Shown here piece by piece: positions 36,298 to 44,169 of a stretch of 44,169 nt of DNA. The notes under the pieces are model-generated. The model was not told the origin of the DNA. It saw only the letters and a list, made by a program, of their open reading frames with translations, and did no database searches. Each line of letters begins with the position of its first letter. The stretch's first letter is position 1. Position numbers and translations under genes: made by a program. The stretch is from a virus (taxonomy: Duplodnaviria; Caudoviricetes), in IMG/VR virus record IMGVR_UViG_3300049893_001276, positions 1 through 44,169 of that record. One strand, given 5' to 3'.

Positions 36298-38124
36298 ATG
36301 TCCTACGGCGTAGGGACCTACGCGGCAAATCGAGGCGACTCAGGAGCTGGCTCCGCGTCCATCGGTGGCTATGCTGCCACTAAGCGGCAGGAGCTCGAGG
36401 CGTTGCGCGGGCAGCTAGAACAGGAGCGGTCCTCGTTCATAAGCCACTGGCGCGCGATCGGCGAGTATATCCAGCCGCGGCGCCCACGCTTCACGATCAC
36501 GGACGTCAATCAAGGCGACCGTCGCAACCAAAAGATTCTCGACTCTACAGGCACTCTGGCCGCGCGAACGCTCGCTTCCGGTATGATGGCGGGCGTAACC
36601 TCCCCCGCGCGGCCTTGGTTTAGACTGACCGTCCCCGATCCGGAGCTTGCCGAAAGCGGGGCGGTCAAATCGTGGCTGCACATCGTCACAGCTCGGATGG
36701 CGACCGTGTTCTTGCGATCGAACCTATACAACGCACTGCCGACCGTCTATGGCGACATGGGCAGCTTCGCCACCGCGGCCGTTGGGATAGAGGAGGACTT
36801 CGAGAACGTAATCCGCAGTTATCCGTTCCCGATTGGCAGCTACTACATCTCGACGAACGAGCGCGGTGTTGTTGATACGTTCATGCGCGAAATGCGGTTT
36901 ACAATTCGGCAGCTCGTTTCAAAGTTTGGCTACACATCCGGGAGCAAGGAGATCGACTGGCGCAAATTCAGCACGGTCGTGAAGGCACAGTGGGATAAGA
37001 AAAACTTTGAGCATTGGGTCGACGTCTGCCACGTCATCCGACCAAACCCTGAATACGATCCAGCCTCGCGCCTTAACAAGCACAAGCGATACGAGGCGTG
37101 CTACTACGAGATCGGCGTTACAAACGCACAGGCGGGGAACTACATGAGCAAGGAACGTGAGGACCTGTTCCTTGATGAGAAGGGTTACAGCATCTTTCCT
37201 GTTTTGTGCCCGCGCTGGGAAACAACTGGCGAGGACGCCTACGGCACAAACTGTCCTGGCATGGTGGCCCTCGGGGACATCAAGCAGCTCCAAAGCGGGG
37301 AGAAAACCGCTCTTAAGGCTATCCAAAAGATGGCCGACCCTCCGATGGTGGCACCGACCGCGTTGAGGACGTCGCGCACATCCATTCTGCCCGGCGACAT
37401 AACCTACAGCGACGAGACGGCCACCTCGAAGGGTTTTCGCCCGGCGCATGAGGTCGACCCGCGCATCCAAGAGCTCGAAGGCAAGCAAGAGCAGGTGCGC
37501 GTTCGCGTGCGCCGCGCGTTCTTCGAGGACCTGTTTTTGATGCTGCACGCTGACACACGTCAGCAGCCTCCGACCGCGCGCGAGATCGAGGAGCGCCACG
37601 AGGAGAAGCTTCTCGCGCTAGGCCCGGTGCTTGAGCAGCTAAACCAAGACCTGCTGGACCCTCTTATTGATATCACCTTCGAGTATATGGATCGCCAAGG
37701 GCTCATCCCAGAGCCACCCGAGGAAATCGCAGGGATGCCGCTTAATGTCGAGTATGTATCCATCATGGCCCAGGCGCAGAAGCTAATCGGGCTCGCCGGC
37801 CTTGAGCGTTTTGCCGGCTTCGTCGGTAACCTAGCAGCCAACACGCAGGACCCGTCGGTTCTGGATAAGGTAGACATTGAGCAAATGATAGACGTCTACG
37901 GAGACACCGTCGGTGTTGACCCTGGGATCATCCGAGCCGATGAGGTTGTCGCGCAGATGAAGCAGGACCGCGCGAAGGCAGCGCAGGCACAGCAACAAGC
38001 GACGGTTATCCGCGAGGGAGCCGGCGCCGCGCGCGACCTGGCGTCCGCTGATATGAGCGGGGATAATGCCTTAACCAGGCTCATCAAACGTGCAAACGCC
38101 GGCAACCCCGTTCCGGTGTCGTGA
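36298..38124 (+). CDS. Portal / head-tail connector (T7 gp8/BPP-1 type)
   Basis: T...A...LASG...G.TSPARPWF.L, PRW....YG..PG..ALGD...LQ, TA.EI.ER.EEKL..LGPVLE. Confidence 0.95.
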   Translation: MSYGVGTYAANRGDSGAGSASIGGYAATKRQELEALRGQLEQERSSFISHWRAIGEYIQPRRPRFTITDVNQGDRRNQKILDSTGTLAARTLASGMMAGVTSPARPWFRLTVPDPELAESGAVKSWLHIVTARMATVFLRSNLYNALPTVYGDMGSFATAAVGIEEDFENVIRSYPFPIGSYYISTNERGVVDTFMREMRFTIRQLVSKFGYTSGSKEIDWRKFSTVVKAQWDKKNFEHWVDVCHVIRPNPEYDPASRLNKHKRYEACYYEIGVTNAQAGNYMSKEREDLFLDEKGYSIFPVLCPRWETTGEDAYGTNCPGMVALGDIKQLQSGEKTALKAIQKMADPPMVAPTALRTSRTSILPGDITYSDETATSKGFRPAHEVDPRIQELEGKQEQVRVRVRRAFFEDLFLMLHADTRQQPPTAREIEERHEEKLLALGPVLEQLNQDLLDPLIDITFEYMDRQGLIPEPPEEIAGMPLNVEYVSIMAQAQKLIGLAGLERFAGFVGNLAANTQDPSVLDKVDIEQMIDVYGDTVGVDPGIIRADEVVAQMKQDRAKAAQAQQQATVIREGAGAARDLASADMSGDNALTRLIKRANAGNPVPVS

Positions 38125-38288
38125 TGGACGCATTCGGCGAGGACCCGATCCGCTTGATATCGAACGACGTCATTGGGCTCGTCAAGCAAAAATACCCTGG
38201 CCTTAGCGCCGCCGAAGTATGCGCCGGCCTTGAGATGGCGAAGATGGAAATTTACGTCGCGGTGGTATGCGAGGAACCAGAGGAATGA
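38124..38288 (+). CDS. Small hypothetical protein (54 aa)
   Basis: Manually translated MDAFGEDPIRL...EEPEE; coupled to both neighbours. Confidence 0.5.
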   Translation: MDAFGEDPIRLISNDVIGLVKQKYPGLSAAEVCAGLEMAKMEIYVAVVCEEPEE

Positions 38289-38608
38289 CGCAGCAGGCAT
38301 TCGTTCAGAACGCGGCTGACCCGCAGCAGGTTAAAGAGGGCGGGACGCGGGCGCAGATATTGCGTCGGCGTGAGCTCGACGACGTCAGGTTCTTGCTGGC
38401 GAACCCGTCCGGGCGTCGGTTCATCTGGCGCCTGCTTGAGCACTGCAGCGTGTTCAAAACGATCTGGCACCCGAGTGCTCTGATCCACCACAATTCAGGA
38501 AAACAGGACGTCGGACATTTCATTATGGGCGAGGTTACAGAGGCAGACGCAGAAGCTTTTATTCAGATGATGGTCGAGGCAAAGCAAACGGAGAACAACA
38601 ATGGCTGA
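38285..38608 (+). CDS. Bbp19-like protein
   Basis: D...L.....GRRF.WRLL....VF........N.G....G; lies between portal and scaffold. Confidence 0.75.
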   Translation: MTQQAFVQNAADPQQVKEGGTRAQILRRRELDDVRFLLANPSGRRFIWRLLEHCSVFKTIWHPSALIHHNSGKQDVGHFIMGEVTEADAEAFIQMMVEAKQTENNNG

Positions 38609-39227
38609 CAACGCAAACGCACAGGGCTCACCGAATGCGGGTGCTGGAGAGAACAACAACCCGGACGCGGCCGCACAAGCTGCCGCCGCCGCCGCTGCTG
38701 CAGCAGAGGCCGCCAAAAAGACACCGCCGGCTGGTGATGCCGGCAAGGCGCCGACCCCGACCGTCCCCGAAAAATACGAATTGAAAATTCCAGAGGGCTC
38801 TTTTATCAAAGCCACTCGCCTAGACGAGATCGCAGCCGAAGCGCGCGCGCGAGGATTGTCGAACGAGCAGGCACAAGAGCTGGTTGAACGTGAGCACGGC
38901 GCGATTCACGGGTACATAGAAAACAGCGTCGCGGAAAGTAAGCAGGCGTGGCTGCAGGCCGCTCAAACCGATAAGGAAATCGGAGGCGACCGTTTCAACG
39001 AAAGCGCGGAGATGGCCAAGAGGGCCGTCGACCATTTCGGAAGCCCCGCCTTCAAACAGGCTCTAGAGGACACCGGGTTAGGCAATCACCCTGAACTGAT
39101 CCGCGTGTTTCGACGTGTATTTGAGGCAGCTCTAGCGGATGGGAAACTCGAACGCGCCGCACCAAGCGCAGGCGCCAAGAAGTCCCTCGCTGAACGGCTT
39201 TATGGAGACTCAGAAAAGAAGGAGTAA
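38601..39227 (+). CDS. Capsid scaffolding protein
   Basis: Low-complexity N-terminus, PE.YE...PEG, L..EQAQ, D.EIGG, L..TGLGNHP; immediately before the capsid gene. Confidence 0.85.
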   Translation: MADNANAQGSPNAGAGENNNPDAAAQAAAAAAAAAEAAKKTPPAGDAGKAPTPTVPEKYELKIPEGSFIKATRLDEIAAEARARGLSNEQAQELVEREHGAIHGYIENSVAESKQAWLQAAQTDKEIGGDRFNESAEMAKRAVDHFGSPAFKQALEDTGLGNHPELIRVFRRVFEAALADGKLERAAPSAGAKKSLAERLYGDSEKKE

Positions 39228-39233
39228 CGTTAA

Positions 39234-40235
39234 ATGGCAACACTGGCAGCTAATGTTTTAACCCTGGCCGATTGGGCAAAGCGGCTTGATCCGAACGGGA
39301 CGGTCCCCGATGTCGTGGAACTGCTCTCGCAGACCAACGAAATCCTGACGGATATGTTGTGGCAAGAGGGCAACCTGCCCGTCGGCCACCGCGTGACTGT
39401 CCGCACCGGCTTGCCGACCGTTGCATGGCGCCTGCTAAACCAGGGCGTGCAGCCGAGCAAGAGCACCACGGCTCAGATCGACGAGGCGTGCGGTATGCTC
39501 GAGGCGTGGTCCGAGGTAGACAAGGACTTGGCCGACCTCAACGGCAACACCAGCGAATTCCGTCTCTCCGAAGCGACGGCGTTTATCGAGTCGATGAACC
39601 AGGAAATGGCGCAGACCCTGTTCTACGGAAACAGCGGCACGGCCCCGGAAGAGTTTACCGGTCTGGCCGTTCGCTACTCGTCCCTGTCCGCGAATAATGC
39701 TCAGAACATTATCACCGGCTCCGGGTCTGGTTCCGACAACAGCTCGATCTGGCTGGTCGTTTGGGGCGGGCAGAGCGTCTATGGTATCTTCCCGAAGGGC
39801 AGCAAGGCAGGGTTGATCCACGAGAACCTCGGTCTTGTAACCGTCGAGACAACGGCCGGTATCGCAGGCACGCGCTTGCGCGCTTACCAGGACCGCTGGC
39901 AATGGAAGTGTGGCGTTGCGCTGAAGGACTGGCGTTACGTTGTCCGCATCCCGAACATCGACATCAGCAATCTGGTGGCGAAGTCCTCGGCAGCGGACCT
40001 GATCGAGCTGATGATTAAGGCCATTCACCGTGTGCCGAATCTGCAGCTTGGTCGCGCCGTGTTCTACATGAACCGGAGCTGCTTCCAGATGCTGGACATC
40101 CAGCGCCGTGATGACATCATCACCGGCGGCGGACTCACCTGGCAAACGGTCGACGGCGTTCCGCAGGCGAGCTTCCGGGGCATCCCGGTTCGCATTTGCG
40201 ACGCTCTCACCGAAGCCGAGGCTGTGGTCAGCTAA
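39234..40235 (+). CDS. Major capsid protein (BPP-1 Bbp17 / epsilon15 gp7-like)
   Basis: TL.D.AKR.DP, E.L.QTNEIL.D, RTGLP...WR..N.GV, F.GL..RY, DWRYV.RI.NID, F.G.P.R..DA. Confidence 0.95.
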   Translation: MATLAANVLTLADWAKRLDPNGTVPDVVELLSQTNEILTDMLWQEGNLPVGHRVTVRTGLPTVAWRLLNQGVQPSKSTTAQIDEACGMLEAWSEVDKDLADLNGNTSEFRLSEATAFIESMNQEMAQTLFYGNSGTAPEEFTGLAVRYSSLSANNAQNIITGSGSGSDNSSIWLVVWGGQSVYGIFPKGSKAGLIHENLGLVTVETTAGIAGTRLRAYQDRWQWKCGVALKDWRYVVRIPNIDISNLVAKSSAADLIELMIKAIHRVPNLQLGRAVFYMNRSCFQMLDIQRRDDIITGGGLTWQTVDGVPQASFRGIPVRICDALTEAEAVVS

Positions 40236-40292
40236 AGCGGATCGGGTTGGTTGCTCGGTTGAAGTTAAAATTGCATCAGAAGGAGACATGAA

Positions 40293-40769
40293 ATGATTCT
40301 TGACGCACAAGGGCAGTTTTCCGATTCGCAGGCCGTTACGGCCGACGCAGTCGGTACAAATGTGATCGACCTCGGGGTTGATCGGTCGTTAGGCAATGGC
40401 GAGGCAATGGCCGTTGTTTTCACGGTTGAAGTCGCGGCGGATCAAACCACCGGTGACGAGGACTACACGTTCGACGTGGAGTACGCAAGCAACGCAGCGC
40501 AAAGCACCGGTCGTCAGTTAATCGGTCGCCGCGTTTTTGAGTCTGGCACTCCGACGGCCCCCGCGCAAGACGCGGACCTGTTGGTGGCCGGCTTTACGTT
40601 TGCGATCCCGATCCCCCCGACGAAGCTGTCGGAGAGCGAGAGGTATCTCGGCATCCGGTACGACGTCACAGGCACCACGCCCACCATCACCTGCAGCGCG
40701 CACCTGGTGCCGTTGCGTTCTGTTGATGTTGGTTCGATATCGTATCCTGACGGAATCACCATCAGCTAA
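40293..40769 (+). CDS. Bbp16-like capsid cement protein
   Basis: MILD....FS..QAVT.....TNVIDL...L.AG...RYL...Y.V; directly after the capsid gene. Confidence 0.8.
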   Translation: MILDAQGQFSDSQAVTADAVGTNVIDLGVDRSLGNGEAMAVVFTVEVAADQTTGDEDYTFDVEYASNAAQSTGRQLIGRRVFESGTPTAPAQDADLLVAGFTFAIPIPPTKLSESERYLGIRYDVTGTTPTITCSAHLVPLRSVDVGSISYPDGITIS

Positions 40770-40828
40770 CATTGGTGGTGATGCGCGGCGGGCCAGAGGC
40801 TCCCCCCGTGGGCTTCTGGCCCGACCGC
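40755..40828 (+). other. Two tandem RNA hairpins after the capsid/cement genes
   Basis: atcaccatcag/ttggtggtgat spanning the stop codon; cgggccagaggc/gcttctggcccg at 40789..40823; no U-tract. Confidence 0.6.
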
Positions 40829-40850
40829 TCCTTAAAATGAGAGGGAAACA

Positions 40851-41078
40851 ATGCTTGTTGAAGCAAAGCAGCTCGGATACTTTGGACACGTGCGCCGCCG
40901 TCCGGGCGATCGTTTTGAGATTGAATCGGAGCAGCAATTCTCGCACAAGTGGATGATCAAGGTCGACGGGTCCGTCGCAAGCGCGCCGGCTCAGTCTAAG
41001 AAGCGCGTCATTGCGCCGAAGGCCGTGAGCGCAGAGACGCACCACGAATCGGCCACAGGGGACACCGAGGTTATTTAA
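40851..41078 (+). CDS. Small conserved head-region protein
   Basis: A...GY....RR.GD.F.I....FS..WM; SD gaggg. Confidence 0.65.
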   Translation: MLVEAKQLGYFGHVRRRPGDRFEIESEQQFSHKWMIKVDGSVASAPAQSKKRVIAPKAVSAETHHESATGDTEVI

Positions 41079-41115
41079 CAGGCACCCATCTATGGGGCAG
41101 CAAACGAGGTAATCG

Positions 41116-41475
41116 ATGGCGGTAATAGCAGAAGCAATAACGCCTATTCGGACATGGGGGGACCGCGCACACATTATCTCGTGGACCCCTCTGGCTAACG
41201 GCGACAGCGGAAGCCCGATTGAAATGCCGGGCTCCGCAGACCGAAGCATTCAGATTTCAGGGACCTTCGGCGCTGGAGGAACGATTGTTTTCGAGGGCAG
41301 CAACGACGGCACAAACTACGTTACCCTGACCGACCCGCAGGGCAACGCAATCAGCAAGACGGCAGCCTCGATCGAGGCAGTCACCGAGCTTACGCGCTAC
41401 GTTCGCCCGCGCGTTACTGCGGGGGACGGCACCACGGCTCTTACGGCAACACTCATCGTTCGGAGGATTCTATGA
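41116..41475 (+). CDS. Beta-sandwich virion/decoration protein
   Basis: Q.SGTFG.G.T...EGSNDGTN..TL...RY.RP.V. Confidence 0.65.
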   Translation: MAVIAEAITPIRTWGDRAHIISWTPLANGDSGSPIEMPGSADRSIQISGTFGAGGTIVFEGSNDGTNYVTLTDPQGNAISKTAASIEAVTELTRYVRPRVTAGDGTTALTATLIVRRIL

Positions 41476-41948
41476 GCCGCGCATCCCAGGCAGCAGATGA
41501 CATCAAAAATCTGGCGACGAAGTTTCGCAGCCTGCTGACCCTCGCTGAAGCACTTGAGGCCATCGGCAGCATCGAGCAGGCAGAACGCGACGCGAAATCA
41601 CGCAAGGACAAAGCTGTGGCAGAAGAGGCCGTATCCGCGCAGCAGTTAACGCTTGCGGTCGCGCGCCTTAAAACCGCCGAGGAAAAGATCGCCGACGTTG
41701 ACCGCAACGCCGCGGAGATTATCCGGAACGCAGAGGACAAGGCGGCTTCGATTATAAGCGAGGCCAAGGCATCTGCGTCGGCTATTAGTGCGGAGTCGGA
41801 CAAGCGTGTCGATGCTGTTAAGCAGGACATTGTGATCCTGCGCGGGAGTCTGCAGGCGTTGCAGGGCAAGATCGACGAAAAGACGGCAGAGCTCGCAAAT
41901 CTAACCAAGGCCATCGAGGACGCGAAGAGCAGGGTTCTCTCTCTGTAA
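41472..41948 (+). CDS. Coiled-coil protein
   Basis: Ala/Lys/Glu-rich heptads throughout. Confidence 0.7.
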   Translation: MSRASQAADDIKNLATKFRSLLTLAEALEAIGSIEQAERDAKSRKDKAVAEEAVSAQQLTLAVARLKTAEEKIADVDRNAAEIIRNAEDKAASIISEAKASASAISAESDKRVDAVKQDIVILRGSLQALQGKIDEKTAELANLTKAIEDAKSRVLSL

Positions 41949-42145
41949 TGGAGTGGAACAGTCGACGACGAAGCTGGGTGGTAAGCGGGGCAGGGGTTGC
42001 GCTTGTGGCGCTAATTTGGAGCATTGGCTTTCAACTAATGCGAGCTGCGTCTTGGGTGTACGACACCCTCCGCCAGACGCACGACAACTCGGGGCGCATA
42101 GACGAACTGGAGGCGACCGTGAAATCTATGAGGCAGGGACCATGA
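41948..42145 (+). CDS. Small single-TM protein (holin/spanin-like candidate)
   Basis: Basic N-terminus, one TM helix, short coiled coil; TAATG coupling. Confidence 0.5.
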   Translation: MEWNSRRRSWVVSGAGVALVALIWSIGFQLMRAASWVYDTLRQTHDNSGRIDELEATVKSMRQGP

Positions 42146-42148
42146 AAT

Positions 42149-42928
42149 ATGGATTCTCAAAGGCTCATCGAAGTGTCGGGCAAGATCAGGACCGGGGATG
42201 CGATTCTGTGGCGGTCGGAGCCGAACTTACACAATGCGGACACCTATGCGGTGATCCCGATACTGCGAGCTGGCGGGCAGAGCGACTGGATGCACATCAG
42301 CCGCGCGATAGTCGAGAGGCGCATCATAAGGCCGAACTGGCAAACCGATGGTGGACCCCCGGAGTTTTGGACCTATTACGACTCCCCGAAGGTAATGGAA
42401 CTGCAGCGGGAGGTTTACGTCAAGGTCTTACACGCTTCAAAGCATGGTGGCGTGCGCGTCGAGTATCTCAAGCGGATGATGGAGGCCCATCACGGCAGCG
42501 CGGTTTGGATACCGATGGATCACGAGAAGGCGTACAAGATCAACCCAAACTATCAGTCGGTGATCATGGCGCAAAGTATCGTCCAAGATGGCCTCGACTA
42601 CTCGGTAGGCAATCTGGCGCGGCACTCATCCCTCTTGCGCTGGATGTTCAGGGTCAACCGATCTGCATGGGAGTGCTCGCGGCTTTTTGGGGTCGTCGAC
42701 ATTCTATGCGGATTCCCGGTCAAATCAAACGCCACTCCTCCGGAGCGCGTCGAGTCGGGGATGTACCGCTTGGACTTGGCGCAGCTCCTCGAACCAGACT
42801 ATCTCGGGCAATTCCGCTTATACAATACTCCATCAGGCAAGCGGTCGACGCGGCGTGGCGCGAAGCCTGGCGAGCACTCTAAAAAAAGGGAGCAAGACTT
42901 AGATGGCGGCATCGATTACGTTCTATAA
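42149..42928 (+). CDS. Permuted papain-like NlpC/P60 (YiiX/YebB-like) protein
   Basis: TGD.IL.R...I......W.H...(His first)...GV....L...G..Y...ECS.L (Cys last). Confidence 0.55.
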   Translation: MDSQRLIEVSGKIRTGDAILWRSEPNLHNADTYAVIPILRAGGQSDWMHISRAIVERRIIRPNWQTDGGPPEFWTYYDSPKVMELQREVYVKVLHASKHGGVRVEYLKRMMEAHHGSAVWIPMDHEKAYKINPNYQSVIMAQSIVQDGLDYSVGNLARHSSLLRWMFRVNRSAWECSRLFGVVDILCGFPVKSNATPPERVESGMYRLDLAQLLEPDYLGQFRLYNTPSGKRSTRRGAKPGEHSKKREQDLDGGIDYVL

Positions 42929-43340
42929 CAGCTTCAAAGAGTTTATCGCAGACGGCACGACCGATCTTGATACAAACACGTTTAAGGTGCTGCTTACATC
43001 GTCGAGCTACACTCCGTCGGCATCAACGCATACGGTTAAGGCTGACGTAACGAATGAGCTCGCTACTGCCAACGGATACACAGCAGGCGGCGCAACGCTT
43101 GGTTCTGTTACCTGGGGGCAATCGGGCGGAACTGCTACATTCGACGCAGCCGACACTGTCTGGACTGCGTCTGGTGGCTCCATCACCGCTCGGTATGCCG
43201 TGATCTACGACGACACATCGGCCAGCGACATTTTGGTTGCGTACATCCTGCTCGATACGACGCCGGCAGATGTAACGGCCACATCCGGAAACACATTGAC
43301 GCTTGCCTGGAACGCAAGCGGAATATTTACGCTGGCATAA
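42903..43340 (+). CDS. Conserved ~145-aa virion structural protein
   Basis: D...TFK..L....YTP...H...E.....GYTAGG..L...FDA.D..W......RYAVIY. Confidence 0.75.
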   Translation: MAASITFYNSFKEFIADGTTDLDTNTFKVLLTSSSYTPSASTHTVKADVTNELATANGYTAGGATLGSVTWGQSGGTATFDAADTVWTASGGSITARYAVIYDDTSASDILVAYILLDTTPADVTATSGNTLTLAWNASGIFTLA

Positions 43341-43717
43341 TGGCACTCGCCAGGCTTAACCACCAGCGCCCGCCAACCTGGGGCGAGCTTGCGGACATTC
43401 GCGCGCGGTATGTGGACCAGGCAAACACCACAAAGGCCGCGTACCGCGCGGACGTCCTAGCACTCGGCCAGGCGCTTGACCATGCGCTAAACCTTCTGCA
43501 CCAGGCGGTTGGGCTGAAGGTAGTTTGCCGGGACATGCTTCTTCCGATGCTATGCCCTGAGTGTACGCAATGGGCGGCGGGCACTAACAAGGCGCAGAAG
43601 CGTTACACGAAAGCCCACGAGGGCGGCACCTGCACCTGCTTTGATGCAAACCCGAACGACGCGCTTGCGAGTGCTAGCACGATTGAAACCCCGATGGTCT
43701 TAGAGGGGGCCGAGTAA
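43340..43717 (+). CDS. Hypothetical protein with CPEC...H...CTC
   Basis: TAATG-coupled on both sides. Confidence 0.6.
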   Translation: MALARLNHQRPPTWGELADIRARYVDQANTTKAAYRADVLALGQALDHALNLLHQAVGLKVVCRDMLLPMLCPECTQWAAGTNKAQKRYTKAHEGGTCTCFDANPNDALASASTIETPMVLEGAE

Positions 43718-44169
43718 TGGCGACGCGCTACATTGACTTCGAGAACGTCAGCAGCACCCTTACCGGGACGTGGACAAGCACCGGCACGGCGGTGGCTGGC
43801 ACGGGTGGGGCAGCCACGACCGAGCTTGCGGTCGGTGACTATGTTCGCAAAAATTCGGGGGCGCTCACTTGGTATCGTGTGACTGCCATCACGGACGACA
43901 ACAACATTACGATTGACTTCTCCCCAGCCACGAACGGCATGGAGGGGGCTTTCTCAAGCGCCACATTGCAAGCCTGGGACCAATCGGTTGAGGACGGCAC
44001 TACCACCGGCAAGGCTTATTGCTCGCTTCACGCGGCGCGCCAAAACGAGACTATGGGCGCAGGGGATATTTGGTACTACCGCGGCGGGCAGGTTGAATAC
44101 CTGCACACCAGCGCCTACACGCTTGTTGAAACCGCAGGCACCGCAACGGGCTACTCATCCCTGATCTGT
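43717..44169 (+). CDS. 5' part of the tailspike-like gene that continues at position 1
   Basis: ATG 43717 (MATRYIDFENV...) is open to the end; 83 codons precede the repeat start at 43966, in frame with ORF 1..1287. Confidence 0.85.
   Translation, partial: MATRYIDFENVSSTLTGTWTSTGTAVAGTGGAATTELAVGDYVRKNSGALTWYRVTAITDDNNITIDFSPATNGMEGAFSSATLQAWDQSVEDGTTTGKAYCSLHAARQNETMGAGDIWYYRGGQVEYLHTSAYTLVETAGTATGYSSLIC
43966..44169. repeat. Terminal direct repeat / circular overlap, right copy
   Basis: Matches 1..204. Confidence 0.97.

Noticed and set aside
40236-40292. tRNA or small RNA between capsid and cement genes
   Set aside because: Too short, no cloverleaf or T-loop motif; contains the SD of the next gene
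41953-42882. 309-aa alternative-frame ORF
   Set aside because: Arg/Gly-rich off-frame composition; frames 41948 and 42149 give coupled, protein-like products
1-44169. Alternative genetic code or stop-codon reassignment
   Set aside because: Standard code gives dense, intact genes, and TAA, TAG and TGA all terminate recognisable proteins

Overview
The window is an essentially complete, circularly permuted dsDNA podovirus-type phage genome. The unit length is about 43,965 bp: positions 1..204 repeat at 43966..44169 with 6 mismatches. The head and tail gene set resembles BPP-1/epsilon15/T7: terminase, portal, scaffold, HK97-type major capsid, cement proteins, adaptor, nozzle, three ejection proteins including a 3147-aa giant, and a tail fibre. 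A leftward early operon (26420->19593) carries YqaJ/RecT recombination genes, an RlpA-like lysin, an Acb2/Tad1-like sponge domain, an HNH-AP2 endonuclease and a peptide deformylase. A rightward replication operon carries a Cro-like HTH, an SF2 helicase, DUF3310, VRR-NUC and a TOPRIM-VirE primase-helicase. No integrase, CI-type repressor, reverse transcriptase, tRNA or CRISPR array was recognised. The most interesting candidates are: (i) the giant injected protein, whose ADP-ribosyltransferase-like and other cargo modules are bounded by repeated (I/L)(S/F/Y)QG motifs next to a HExxH metallopeptidase; (ii) a possible N-terminal maturation system (peptide deformylase + GNAT + two virion proteins sharing MGVSAAI); (iii) a 25-bp recoded patch in the terminal repeat; (iv) a C-terminal peptide shared by the scaffold and the gp10-like staple. 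All family assignments come from motif recognition by eye, not database searches.
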